Positions 1-9,793 of a stretch of 23,485 bases of DNA are shown here, in pieces. The DNA comes from an uncultured delta proteobacterium. Its GTDB lineage: Bacteria; Desulfobacterota; WTBG01; CAIYCZ01. The stretch is taken from NCBI GenBank assembly GCA_963803975.1, contig CAWDOY010000046.1, forward strand, positions 1 through 23,485, written 5' to 3'. The number at the start of each line of letters is the position of its first letter. The stretch's first letter is position 1. The notes below the pieces were generated by a model that was not told the DNA's origin, ran no database searches, and worked only from the letters and a program-made list of their open reading frames with translations. The position numbers and the translations under genes are program-made.

Positions 1-102
1 TAGTACCAGTCGTATTCAACAATAGACTTTGTCGGGCAGAGGAGAATCTCCCAGCACGTACCGCACATGATGCAGTCTTCAGATAGTACAATAGGCCATC
101 AT
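1..102 (-). CDS. 4Fe-4S ferredoxin, N-terminal part; runs off the window edge and has an apparent +1 frameshift near 81-90
   Basis: RBS AGGAG (110-106), then ATG ATG GCC TAT TGT ACT ATC TGA (MMAYCTI*). The +1 frame continues SEDCIMCGTCWEILLCPTKSIVEYDWY, a CxxCxxC...CP ferredoxin motif. Not in the ORF track. Confidence 0.7.
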
Positions 103-117
103 AAGCTCCTTTCTAGA

Positions 118-208
118 AGAAGTTAAAGAGTTGTGAGTTGAGAAGTTGTGGAGTTCTTTAATGTTTAAAACTCCTTAACTCTTCAACTCCTTTGACTCAC
201 AAACTCCT
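118..208. repeat. Inverted 8-nt periodic repeat tract (GAGTT units facing AACTC units)
   Basis: agttaaagagttgtgagttgagaagttgtggagtt ... aactccttaactcttcaactcctttgactcacaaactc. Confidence 0.75.
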
Positions 209-211
209 ATG

Positions 212-895
212 TTACGTTGCCAGCCCGGTCTGAATGTTGCCCAGATTTTTAATAACCAGCGGCAGTATGGAATAATGAATCATGCAGTACATATCGCCAT
301 CATCAAGATTCATAAGAATGCGCGATTGCTCATCTCCCATGGTAAATGACATGGTCCTGGTCCTGAACACAGGCGGAAAGGCGCTGTTGCACCAGGCGGT
401 TCCCGATGTACCGTGAACCAGCTCACCTGTTTCCCAGGTGTAGGCTTTGCACAGGCGCTGAACTTTGCGCGCGTCCGCAACAATCATGACCACATCCGGG
501 TCTTCCACATCTTCCAATGCGCCAATGACCTGATATTTATGGTGTTTGAACAGATGCGGGATCTGTTGATTGACGCGGCGAAAGACCTTCCGTGTAGCAT
601 ATCCCCTTTGCAGCCCTATGGTCTGCTCCATGCCGCCATCGAATTCTTCCTTAATTACCTTTCTATTTCCCAGCCCTGAAAAGACGGCGCCGCCGCACAG
701 GATATTAGCGTTGGTGATATAAACCGGTTTTTTGCCTTCTTCCCAGAGCTCTGCCGCGATGGCACAGTGAAAGGAGACATCATCTCCATACGGCTCTGCA
801 TTCGCGGGAATATCTTCATAGAGTTTAAAGGCGATTGCTTTTCGCTGGTACCCGTGTTCCTTAAGCCTCTGGGCATATTCCTTGTTCTTACCCAT
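212..895 (-). CDS. DUF169 (COG2043)-family protein, paralogue B
   Basis: Start reassigned to ATG 895 (MGKNKEY) after GGAGG; the longer ORF begins inside a repeat element. Motifs AIAFKL, FHCAI, ILCGG, DPDVVMIVA, AWCN, SFTMGDEQSR...MYCMI fit the DUF169 layout. Confidence 0.75.
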   Translation of the reverse strand: MGKNKEYAQRLKEHGYQRKAIAFKLYEDIPANAEPYGDDVSFHCAIAAELWEEGKKPVYITNANILCGGAVFSGLGNRKVIKEEFDGGMEQTIGLQRGYATRKVFRRVNQQIPHLFKHHKYQVIGALEDVEDPDVVMIVADARKVQRLCKAYTWETGELVHGTSGTAWCNSAFPPVFRTRTMSFTMGDEQSRILMNLDDGDMYCMIHYSILPLVIKNLGNIQTGLAT

Positions 896-919
896 TTGTT
901 CATCCTCCATTTCCTTTCG

Positions 920-1071
920 CAGGCTGTTGAAAAACACCCATCTGCTTCGTTGCGATCATCCTTCGTCATTGCGACGTACGGTACAGTACGCCTCATTCCT
1001 CTTGATTTCGCGCGCCTTGCATCCGGATGTTTTTGACCAGCCTGAGAGAAAACTACTTTTTCGACAACCTG
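920..1071. mobile_element. MITE-like element, copy 1
   Basis: Ends caggctgttgaaaaa / tttttcgacaacctg; flanks TTCG and TTAG. The 125-bp core (920-1044) differs from copy 3 at 4 positions. No transposase. Confidence 0.8.
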
Positions 1072-2049
1072 TTAGTCCTGCTGCTGACCCAGCATATCAT
1101 CAATGTCCATCCCCAGCTCATTCATCTGCTCGGTAAGAGATTTGCTGGAAACTTTTTTATAGCCTTTCTCCCGCGCGAACGCTTCAGCGTTCTCAACTAC
1201 AAAATCAAGGATGCCCTCGGGGACATTCTTTATCAGCACCCTGGCTTCCTCATCCCATTCCATGGTGAAGGCAGGTTCTGATGGTTTATCAGTTTCACGC
1301 GGGACCTCTGCTTTTGCGTCATTGCCAAACTTCTGCCAGAATTTGGAATCGGGCGGCTTGGTAAACCCGAGATTGGCTTTGGCGTCAATTTTCACATCCA
1401 CCAGCAGCTTTGGCAGGTTAGCGACATATTCAAGGGGGATTATTACAAAGAGCTCATCCTGCTTGATCCGGTTATACATCCTTCCGCCAAAATCACCGAA
1501 TGTTACCACGACATTTCTTTCATGCCAGGGTGTGGCAAACAGCTCCCCGCACAGAGACGTTCCAAATCCGCCGTGGGGCGTAATGCCGTCCTGAATCACT
1601 CTGCAGGCTGAAATGAGACTGGCGTTATGGGCATTGCATACAACCACAATCCAGTCAACCGCTACCCCTTCAGGCACCTCGGCAAGCGGAGCAGCGCCGA
1701 TAGCTTTCACCATGCCGGGAGGAAGATTGCGGGTGCCTGATTTCAACCGGGCAGCACCTTCGTAGCTGAAGAAGCTGCTGGTGGTTGACAGATATTCTCC
1801 GGAGACGATCTCTTTTTTTCCCGGCACCATTCCCGCGTGATAGGTGCCCACCAGGCAGTCATGGTGATCGGCATCAAAATAGACTTTCTTGCCTTCATCC
1901 ATGGCCAGGCGCACCAGAGTGCACGGCTCACCGTCGATGGGCCCATACCCTTCAGGGATGCGATCGCGGAGCAGACTGATGGCAACCGGCTTTCCCCGGA
2001 CTTTGCCCTTTGTGATCAGGATTTCAGAAATGTATTTTAAATTAATCAT
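1072..2049 (-). CDS. DUF169-family protein, paralogue A, with a C-terminal PCP_red-like small helical domain
   Basis: ATG 2049 after AGGAG. Motifs PVAISL, PCTLVRLA, HDCLVG, VDWIVVVCNA, SLCGE, TFGDFGGR...DELFVIIP. C-terminal MEWDEEARVLIKNVPEGILDFVVENAEAFAREKGYKKVS resembles the protochlorophyllide reductase B-subunit C-terminal domain. Confidence 0.75.
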   Translation of the reverse strand: MINLKYISEILITKGKVRGKPVAISLLRDRIPEGYGPIDGEPCTLVRLAMDEGKKVYFDADHHDCLVGTYHAGMVPGKKEIVSGEYLSTTSSFFSYEGAARLKSGTRNLPPGMVKAIGAAPLAEVPEGVAVDWIVVVCNAHNASLISACRVIQDGITPHGGFGTSLCGELFATPWHERNVVVTFGDFGGRMYNRIKQDELFVIIPLEYVANLPKLLVDVKIDAKANLGFTKPPDSKFWQKFGNDAKAEVPRETDKPSEPAFTMEWDEEARVLIKNVPEGILDFVVENAEAFAREKGYKKVSSKSLTEQMNELGMDIDDMLGQQQD

Positions 2050-2077
2050 CAATAGCTCCTATTATGTGTAATCTGCA

Positions 2078-4601
2078 TCACTGAACCCTGGACCCTCTGC
2101 CGTGCTGTCGCTCTGGCGCAGCGGGTGAATCCTTGAACCCGCTGGATTCTTTTCCGCCGGTTATAAATTTAGGTTTAAACAGTAAAATAAAGCTCGGGAT
2201 AATGGTGAGTGAAAATACCATGTTCAGCAGCAGCACGATTCCCAGCAGCATGCCCATCAGGGCCTGGAACATGAGCTTTGAAAGAAACCAGAAGGCAATC
2301 CCGCACACAATGGTGGTGGCGATATACATGATGGCCTTGCCGGTTGTTCCCATGGCGATGATCACCGACTCATTAAGATTCTTATTCTTGCGGTATTCCT
2401 CTATGACTCTACTAAAAAAGTATATACCATAGTCAACGCCGAGCCCGATGCTCACCGCGGCTACCGGAAGAGTCGCCGTGGTCATGGGGATCGTGCGGGT
2501 CGCTCAGCACCATTAATGCATAGACCAGGCTGTTTGCAAGAATAAGCGGAAGGCAGTTGAGAATGCCGGCAAAAATGGATTTGAAAGCTATGGCACAGAA
2601 TATAAATACCGTGAGTATTGCCAGGATAAACGTCCAGAACCCGTACATGACCAGCGCCTCATTTATTGCGGCCTGGATACCCACCGTGCCGCCTGCCATC
2701 CGGTAATGAACCTGCGGAACCCCGGGCACTGGCGGCTTCTCAGGCATCGGCGCCGGAGCACCCCTGAACACTGTCTCAAGCCAGTACACAAACTTGTCAA
2801 ATCCGTGCCGTTCCACATCCCTGGAGCGTTTGCCGAAAACCGAATGATCCCTGATATATTCTTTGACCCGATCCGTGACAATTTTTATGGTTTCAGTTGT
2901 TTTATCCCTGCAGTAAATGATGATATTGGTCTTTTTATCACTGGCATCAACGTACATGTCCCAGGTGCCGGGGCCTGCGCCATCAACAAGATTCCGGTAA
3001 ATTGCCCGCAACTGATCATCGTTAGTGGGTGTGAAGTAACAGTTGAAGTCATTGTCCCGCATCATCTGATTATAGGTCGGTATTGCCATCAGATACGACA
3101 TCGCCACCATCACGCGCATGTCCGGTGTCCGCTCCATGTAGCGCAGAAAGTTGAGGATGTCCCGTATGACTGTGGTGTTGGCAATGTCCATGTTCTTCTC
3201 GCCTTCAACGATAACATAGAGGGGATTAAGCATGGGCATGGCAAAGGTGATTCTGAAGGAATCCACATTGTAGCGGTGCCAGGGCCACAGGACCTCAGAC
3301 CCCGGAACTGCATTGCCGATGGTAACCCTGTTGATATATGGCATTGACCAGATGAGGAGCAGTATTGAAACAACAAGCACGGTATATTTGCCCCAGCCGG
3401 TGAGCCATACCCCCACCCCTTTGAGAAGTTTATCCAGCATGCCGGCTCCCTCTGGCCGGGCTTTCAGGGGCATGTAGGAAAGAAGTATCGGCACCAGCAG
3501 GAAGGCAATGGCTGCGGTGGCAAATGCCCAGAACGCACATGACAGGCATATTTTCTGAAGGATGGGAATCGGCGTGATTGCGATAACAAAAATCCCCGAA
3601 GCGTCAGTCAGCACGCCGGCCATGCCGGGCACAAACAGAGATGAAATAACATTTTTACACGCCTCTCGCACTTCTCCTGTGATGTATGCTTCCTCCATGT
3701 AACGCTTAACAACCTGTACCGAGTGCGAGGCGGCCATGGCGGCAATAAGAAAGGGAAATACCAGAACCAGCGGGTCAAGATTGAACTTCAGCAGGGTTAA
3801 AAATCCCAGCCCCCAAATGGCGCTTACCGTAGCTGCCAGCATCGGCAGAAACATGCCCCGCATGGTCCGGAAATAGATGAAAAAGACCGCCATCATGGCA
3901 ATGACCGTACAGGCAAGAATTTTCAAAACATCCTTAACATAATAGTCAACATATCCCAGGTGCAAGGGCTCGCCGGCGATGGCAATAATATGATTCTTAT
4001 CCTCATATTTTTCCCGCAGCGCCTTGAGTTCTTTATAGGAAACCCGATAATCCAGCTGCTCTTCAAAAAAATCCACCGTTATCAGCGCCTTTTTGCTGTC
4101 CAGGGAGACCAGACCGGGATATGCCATGGGACTGCCATAGACATTTTTCCTGAGCTCTTTGAGCTGCTCCGGGGTTTTGGGCACCTCCGGCCACATCATG
4201 GACTTGACGGACATGCCCCCGGAAGTCATCTCAATGTTTTTCACCTTGTCACTTGCAAGAGACATTATTTTATAGCGGTCCACGGCATTAAACTTTAACA
4301 GGTCCCTGGTTATGGAGCGGATGATGTTCAGGGTCTCGGTGTTGAATACATCATCGTACTTCCCGCCGTCTCCACGGTCCCGAACCTGAACCATGATGTA
4401 CACCTGGTTCCCGCCGCCGAACGTGCCCCGGATTTCATTGTGAAGGTTTGTATATTCATGGTTTTGCGGCAGCAGATCAGAAAAGACGGTTTTAACGGTG
4501 AGCTTTGTTGCGATAAGATAGACAAAAAACAGAGTCATAAGTATCATTGCTACAAGTACTATCAGGCGTTTATCTATGATAAAATTTGCCAAACGTTTCA
4601 T
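2078..4601 (-). CDS. RND/MMPL-family transporter (COG1033 type), split by a +1 frameshift near 2494
   Basis: ORFs 2433..4601 and 2078..2485 join if one base (about 2494) is removed, giving LSDPPIPMTTATLPVAAVSIGLGVDYGIY. Two repeats of 1 TM + periplasmic domain + 5 TM; GxGVDY motif. Confidence 0.88.
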
Positions 4602-4639
4602 AATTAATTGTCCGTCTCTGTCTTTGGTCGCGTGATGAT

Positions 4640-5726
4640 TTATTCTATTCCGCCCCCGAACTCAAGTCCCTTGGGCATCTCGAAAAATTTCATTGCATAG
4701 GAAAGGCCCGAGCGGAATTCCCAGGTAGCCCCGCCATCGGTTGTATGGACTGCTAATCCGCCAGCTCCTACAACCCAGCCGTTTTGCGGGCTGCTGAAGC
4801 ATACATAGCGGAACGGCTGCTTTGCCTTGATGGCCTCTTCCGGTTGTGTCCAGGTGCTGCCGCTGTCAGCAGACATGAGATAAGTGCCCTTATCCCCCAC
4901 CGCCCATCCTCTGCCGTATTTTATAAGGATGGTGTACAGGGTGTGTTTGGTAGGTACCGGCAGAACATCCCAGGTGGCCCCACCGTCGGTTGTTTTTATT
5001 ATGGTGCCTGATATCCCGCAGGCCCATCCAATGTTTTTTTCAGTAAAACAGATACCAAAAAGGGACGGCGGAGGATTTTCAAGCTGTTCTTCCAGAGATG
5101 CCCGTTCAAAGGCTTTGGGAACCTGCGGGGTCCATGTCGCGCCGCCATCGGTTGTGTGCAGGAGCAAGCCGCGCTCGCCGACCAGCCAGCCGTTCTGCGC
5201 GTCCACAAAAAAAATATTATTGAAGCTCTTGTCAATTTCTTTACTCTGGCGCGACCAGGTGGTGCCGCCGTCAATGGTATGGATAATAGTCCCCCACTCG
5301 CCGACCGCCCATCCGTTGTTCTTATCCGCAAAAAAGATGCCGAAGAGGTGCCGTTTGGTGCCGGTGTTCTGCCTGGTCCAGCGGGCGCCGCCATCAGTCG
5401 TGTGCAGAATCGTTCCGTTAATCCCGACCACCCACCCGGTCCGGCTATCGAGAAAAACCCCCGAACAGAGGGTAGTTTGGCTTTCGCCGGAATTCTGCGG
5501 CGCCCAGTTTCTGCCCCCGTCTGATGAGTGATAGATGGTGCCGAAGGCGCCGGTAACCCAGATATTGTTATCATCCGGAGCAATGACGCAGTGCAGGTTT
5601 TCCCGTGGTTATCATCTTAATGTCCGGCACTTTCATCTTCTGCTCGGACCGTGAACAGGCCGCGCTTGAGATCATGCAGCAGGCTGTGGCGACGATAGCG
5701 GCGGAGTTGAGCGCGGCTTTTATCAT
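4640..5726 (-). CDS. YCF48-like BNR-repeat beta-propeller lipoprotein, with a +1 frameshift near 5606
   Basis: Repeated GWxVG..G.I.HTxDGGxTW units. The frame stays open upstream of 5431 to RENLHCVIAPDDNNIWVTGAFGTIYHSSDGG. A signal peptide with lipobox-like SAA-C starts at ATG 5726 (RBS GGGAG) in another frame. Confidence 0.82.
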
Positions 5727-5743
5727 GGAGAAGCTCCCATTAG

Positions 5744-5892
5744 CAGGCTGTTGCAACACCCATCTGCTGCGTTGCGCTCATCCTTCGTCATTGCGGCGTA
5801 CCGCAAAGTACGCTTCATTCCTCATAATTTCGCGCGCCTTGCATCTGAATGTTTTTGACCAGCCTGTGAAAAACCACTTTTTTAATAACCTG
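5744..5892. mobile_element. MITE-like element, copy 2, with TTAG target-site duplication
   Basis: TTAG (5740-5743) caggctgttgcaacaccc ... tttttaataacctg TTAG (5893-5896); same core as copies 1 and 3. Confidence 0.82.
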
Positions 5893-5975
5893 TTAGTACC
5901 GGCAGTGGTTTGCGTGTTTCAGTGACCGCTGCGGCACCCCGGCAGACAATTCCGCCGCTGCACCAGGGCAGCCGG

Positions 5976-7250
5976 TTAATACGTCTTCTGCAGGTTGCCC
6001 AGCTGGAACGTATCCGGGCTTATATCAACGCCGACCCCGATTGGTTTTATGGCGATGTATTGTGAATGAGTCCTCTGGAAGTCGTGGTAATTTAATGCAA
6101 CATTAAAGTTTTTCATTTCCCCGTTTGCCATCTTCACCTGGGCGGTGGGCTGTATAAAACATTTCCAGAAGCGCCCCAGCTCGTCATACATCTCCTGCCA
6201 TTGAATCATGTAGGTTTCAGGATCAATGTACCAGACGCGCTTGCTGTAGATGTAATGGGGGTCCTGGTGCTTTGCTTCTACAACATAGGTGTTGCAGCGT
6301 TCAAACGTGAACCCGTTGGGCACTGCCTGGCCTGACACGCGCTTGAGTTTCGCCGGATCCTGATGCCGGGCAAGAAGCATTTCTTTTTTGCCCTTATAGG
6401 TATAGGTGCTTTTGGACACGTAGCTGTTCCACATTTCGCCGTCATCATAGATCTGATCTGTCCCGTCAACCGCGTTGGTCCGCTCGGCGCCGGAAATCCT
6501 TGTCAGGCGCCGGTACGGGGCAAAATACATATAGCAGTCAAAATCCTTGTTCTCATCAATGTACTTCAGCTCGATGAAGCGGGTGTTGTTATTCTCGGCC
6601 GGAAGATTGACATGCAGAAACTGGCCCTTGGCATAGCCCTTGGGATTTTTCGGCAGCGCCGGCTTCGGCTCCACATCGGTGCGGTGGATGAAGTACAGGT
6701 CAATGACCTCCTGATCCGCGGTGCGGTCGGTGCGTGCCTTCGGGTCAATGACCGGCCCGTACCAGTTCATGGAAGAGCCGTCGCCCCTGGTCTGGCAGTC
6801 AACATTGTAGGCGATTTCAAGGCCGGTTTTCGGTGCGGGGAAGGGGAATCCGGCAATCTCGCCGTAGTTTAAAATTTTTCCTGCCGCATCAGTTTTAACC
6901 AGCGGCGCGTATTTTCTGGTGGCTTCAATCCGGCCTTTTGTCTCTATAATCTCCTGGTAGGGGACAATGTAGAAGTACATGCCTTCAGGCGGCGCTCCCC
7001 ATTTATCAGGGTTCTTGTACACGCCCGCATAGGACTCGGGCATGAATTGCGCCACCTGGTCGATGCTGGCTTTGTCGATTTTTTTCCCGGCCCAGGTTTT
7101 CTCCCACTCCCTGACTTTTGTTAGCTCATCAGCCGTGTAGGCAGGAACCGGAAACGTTATCTCTGCAGCAGTAACCAGTACCGGCACCATGGCCAGTATC
7201 ACGGCTATACCGGTCTGCAGCATCATTTGTTTGATAGAGAGTAGTCGCAT
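5976..7250 (-). CDS. DUF1329-family periplasmic protein (LolA-like fold)
   Basis: ATG 7250 after GGGAGGG; signal peptide ending VTA-AE. Motifs GFPFPAPKTGLEIAYN, YFAPYRRLTRI, YIYSKRVWYIDPET, YDELGRFWK. Confidence 0.85.
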   Translation of the reverse strand: MRLLSIKQMMLQTGIAVILAMVPVLVTAAEITFPVPAYTADELTKVREWEKTWAGKKIDKASIDQVAQFMPESYAGVYKNPDKWGAPPEGMYFYIVPYQEIIETKGRIEATRKYAPLVKTDAAGKILNYGEIAGFPFPAPKTGLEIAYNVDCQTRGDGSSMNWYGPVIDPKARTDRTADQEVIDLYFIHRTDVEPKPALPKNPKGYAKGQFLHVNLPAENNNTRFIELKYIDENKDFDCYMYFAPYRRLTRISGAERTNAVDGTDQIYDDGEMWNSYVSKSTYTYKGKKEMLLARHQDPAKLKRVSGQAVPNGFTFERCNTYVVEAKHQDPHYIYSKRVWYIDPETYMIQWQEMYDELGRFWKCFIQPTAQVKMANGEMKNFNVALNYHDFQRTHSQYIAIKPIGVGVDISPDTFQLGNLQKTY

Positions 7251-7286
7251 GATTAGTCCCTCCCGCAATTGTAGAGTTTATAAAAA

Positions 7287-8873
7287 TTAGAACTCATAGC
7301 GCAGGCGCAGCAGCGCGTAGTCATTGTTTGGCATAGACGAACTCTTGACCCAGTTATGATTAGACCCGCCATAGGCAACATAACCCATGTCTCCGCGCCA
7401 GTGTTTGCCCGGAAAAACATAGGAGAGAATCGGTATCAGCTGCCATCTTTGTATCGTGAGCTGATAATTGCCGAGAAATACAAAGACAAATGACTGGTGA
7501 AACAGGGGCTGCATGATAAACCCGGTAATCACATCATTGCTGGAATGCCGCCAGTCATGGTTCCTGCCGTCAAGCGTCAGATCTCGGTCATAATTAAAAA
7601 CTTTTTCCCATCCATAGGTGACGCTTGCGTCCATCATGGCGTCATTTGCCATGAAGGACCGGGTGAACCAGGGAATGTAGAGTGACTTGTTGCACTGCAG
7701 GGCAATGCCGAGCACATTGCGCTTGGTCAGGCCGTAGATGGCTGACGGATCACCCCGGGTTGCCTTATTGATGGGGCGGTTGATTTCATAAAACCATTCA
7801 AGGCGCCAGATGGTGTTCCACAGCTTCGGGAAGAAGGTCTGGGCGGTGCCGCCTACTGTCTGGTAGCGCTTGTAATAATAGACCTTGTAGCTTGGCCATT
7901 GCGGTGAGACCCATTTGCCGGTGAGCATTGTCTTGAGGCCTGCGGTGACAAAGAGATTAGTGAACGGCCCGATTTTGTCCGGATCGGCAACCGGCACATC
8001 ATCGCGGGCATTCCAGTAGAGAAGCGTCCAGTCAATGTCCCAGGTGTTGCCGCGCACCCTGAATCCGGCCTCCCAGTTGTTGCGCAAGCTCCAGCAATCC
8101 GGGGCATCGCGGCTCCATTTTTCCCGGTTCCAGTAATAGATGCCGAACTTCTGTACCTGCGGAGAGAAGAAACGCACCTGGCTGGCTGCCACCCCCGGCT
8201 GGGTGCCTTCATAGGGGAGTTCCATGGGTTTGAAGTCACCGGGATTAATAATGGTCTCAAACAGAAGGGAGCCGGGAAGTTCTGACTGGTAGAGCGTCCG
8301 TATCATCCACAGGCCCTGCTTGACCTCCTCCCAGGTGTTTACGCCCGGAGGCCCGCGCCGGATATCAAGCGGGTTGACCACGTCCGCGACTCGCTCCAGG
8401 TCAAGCTGACCCCAGACGAGAATCTGTTTGCCCAGGCGGAACTGCCAGGGTCCTTTAATGATATCTATGTACGCCTCAGTGAGCATATCCTTGTCAAAAT
8501 TTCGCGGTATGGTCCAGTTCTGGCGCTCGTCACGAGGTATGGCGTTGCTCATTTTATGATCGTAATAGATTGATTCCTGCCACCAGGCTTTTACGCCGCC
8601 GAAGAAGCTGATGCTGTAGTCAGGGCAGTCCCTGATTTTATAGAGCGCCTCAAACAGCCCGCTGGTCTGGAAAAAATCTACGTTCGTGCTGTGAAACTGC
8701 CTTTCCGCTGCAGGCATCTCAGTGCGGACCTGCATCTGCTGCTTGGCAAAGCCGGATATGGTGAGTTTGCCGTCAAAGTACTTGGAGGATGCCCGTGCAT
8801 CATGGTGTGAGGAAAATAAGATGAGCTGGATGATGGCGAGAATAGTTGCCGCGGTTAAAAAATGTTTTTTCAT
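7287..8873 (-). CDS. DUF1302-family outer-membrane beta-barrel protein
   Basis: Signal peptide; EAYIDI..GPWQFRLGKQILVWG...VADVVNPLD motif; C-terminal beta-signal LRLRYEF; directly upstream of the DUF1329 gene. Confidence 0.8.
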   Translation of the reverse strand: MKKHFLTAATILAIIQLILFSSHHDARASSKYFDGKLTISGFAKQQMQVRTEMPAAERQFHSTNVDFFQTSGLFEALYKIRDCPDYSISFFGGVKAWWQESIYYDHKMSNAIPRDERQNWTIPRNFDKDMLTEAYIDIIKGPWQFRLGKQILVWGQLDLERVADVVNPLDIRRGPPGVNTWEEVKQGLWMIRTLYQSELPGSLLFETIINPGDFKPMELPYEGTQPGVAASQVRFFSPQVQKFGIYYWNREKWSRDAPDCWSLRNNWEAGFRVRGNTWDIDWTLLYWNARDDVPVADPDKIGPFTNLFVTAGLKTMLTGKWVSPQWPSYKVYYYKRYQTVGGTAQTFFPKLWNTIWRLEWFYEINRPINKATRGDPSAIYGLTKRNVLGIALQCNKSLYIPWFTRSFMANDAMMDASVTYGWEKVFNYDRDLTLDGRNHDWRHSSNDVITGFIMQPLFHQSFVFVFLGNYQLTIQRWQLIPILSYVFPGKHWRGDMGYVAYGGSNHNWVKSSSMPNNDYALLRLRYEF

Positions 8874-8994
8874 ACACCCCTCCCTGATTGATTAAGGTTT
8901 TCTAGCTAAAAAACTTTTACATCAACGGGCTGAACGTGCCAGGACAGTCACCGGCGCGCGACGCGAACGATAGCGCTTCAATGTCAGGCGCAGT

Positions 8995-9591
8995 TCATTG
9001 CGATGTCCTTGCGCAGCCATGAAAGAAAAGGGCTGACAGCTCACAGGCACGGGCTTCGATATCAGGCAGAATCTTGACAAAATCCGGGTGATTCAGCAAT
9101 TCGGACAGACGATTTAAGAGAAACATCATGACCGGCATCTTGATCTCGCTGTTGATAAGACCCTCTTTCTGCGCCTGCTGTAAAAATTCGATGGACAGCT
9201 CCCGCACCTTTTTCTGCTGCTCGAGAAAATACGCATGCAGCGGTGACTTCGCGTTCATTAAATCATCAAGAAATGCTGAGCCAAAGGCATGTATCTGATG
9301 CGTTGACAGCATGAGGATTTTTTCTACTTTCTGGGCAAAGGGGATGGGCTCCGCGATCATCTCATCATACATTTTCAAGCCTGTGTTAATCAGGGAATCA
9401 AGAGCAGCCCGGGCAATATCGTTCTTGTCAGTGAAATATTTATAGAAGGTCATCTTGCTGATGCCGGCATTTTTACAGATCTCTTCCACGGTCACGCGGC
9501 GCATGCCGTGCTTGCAGAAAAGCTCTGTCGCGGCTTCAATAAGCTGCTGCTGTTTTTTGGGCAGGGTTTGAAAGTCTTTTATGTTCACCAT
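8995..9591 (-). CDS. TetR/AcrR-family transcriptional regulator
   Basis: N-terminal HTH: LIEAATELFCKHGMRRVTVEEICKNAGISKMTFYKYFTDK. Confidence 0.95.
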   Translation of the reverse strand: MVNIKDFQTLPKKQQQLIEAATELFCKHGMRRVTVEEICKNAGISKMTFYKYFTDKNDIARAALDSLINTGLKMYDEMIAEPIPFAQKVEKILMLSTHQIHAFGSAFLDDLMNAKSPLHAYFLEQQKKVRELSIEFLQQAQKEGLINSEIKMPVMMFLLNRLSELLNHPDFVKILPDIEARACELSALFFHGCARTSQ

Positions 9592-9616
9592 GGTTCATCC
9601 TTACGAATAGTTACGA

Positions 9617-9711
9617 TATATACAAAAAAAGTAAATACATGTCAATAAGATAAATATATTATTTTACTTTGTTGACATTTATTTACTAATCAAGTATATG
9701 ATTCAGTAAAT
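9617..9711. promoter_or_regulatory. Back-to-back sigma70-type promoters with candidate operator palindromes
   Basis: TTGACA on + (9672-9677) and on - (9645-9640), each followed by TATA-like hexamers at about 17-19 bp. Inverted repeats 9630-9645/9672-9687 and 9681-9711. Confidence 0.6.
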
Positions 9712-9793
9712 CGTATACAAACATGACCACAGATCGCTCATTATTTTATTGTTATAAGCAGGTCAAAACAGAGATAGAAAGGAGAGCAGAAGA

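Noticed and set aside
79..87. In-frame TGA in the ferredoxin as selenocysteine or a prfB-like programmed frameshift
   Set aside because: Readthrough stays in the wrong frame for the Cys motif, and ATC-TGA offers no good +1 re-pairing.
655..1281. ORFs 655..996, 767..1036, 882..1136 and 1027..1281, plus 5605..5925, some sharing THLLRC.HPSSLRRT
   Set aside because: The shared peptide is just the translated MITE, and the ORFs overlap real genes.
2078..2485. Separate 135-aa membrane protein
   Set aside because: It is the C-terminal part of the frameshifted RND transporter.
4640..5560. Recurring gccgccatc/gtcgg motifs as a DNA repeat array or CRISPR
   Set aside because: They encode the BNR TxDGGxTW protein repeats; there are no identical repeats with spacers and no cas genes.
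4999..5759. ORFs 4999..5583 and 5571..5759 as independent genes
   Set aside because: The first is an off-frame shadow; the second contains the N-terminus of the YCF48-like gene.
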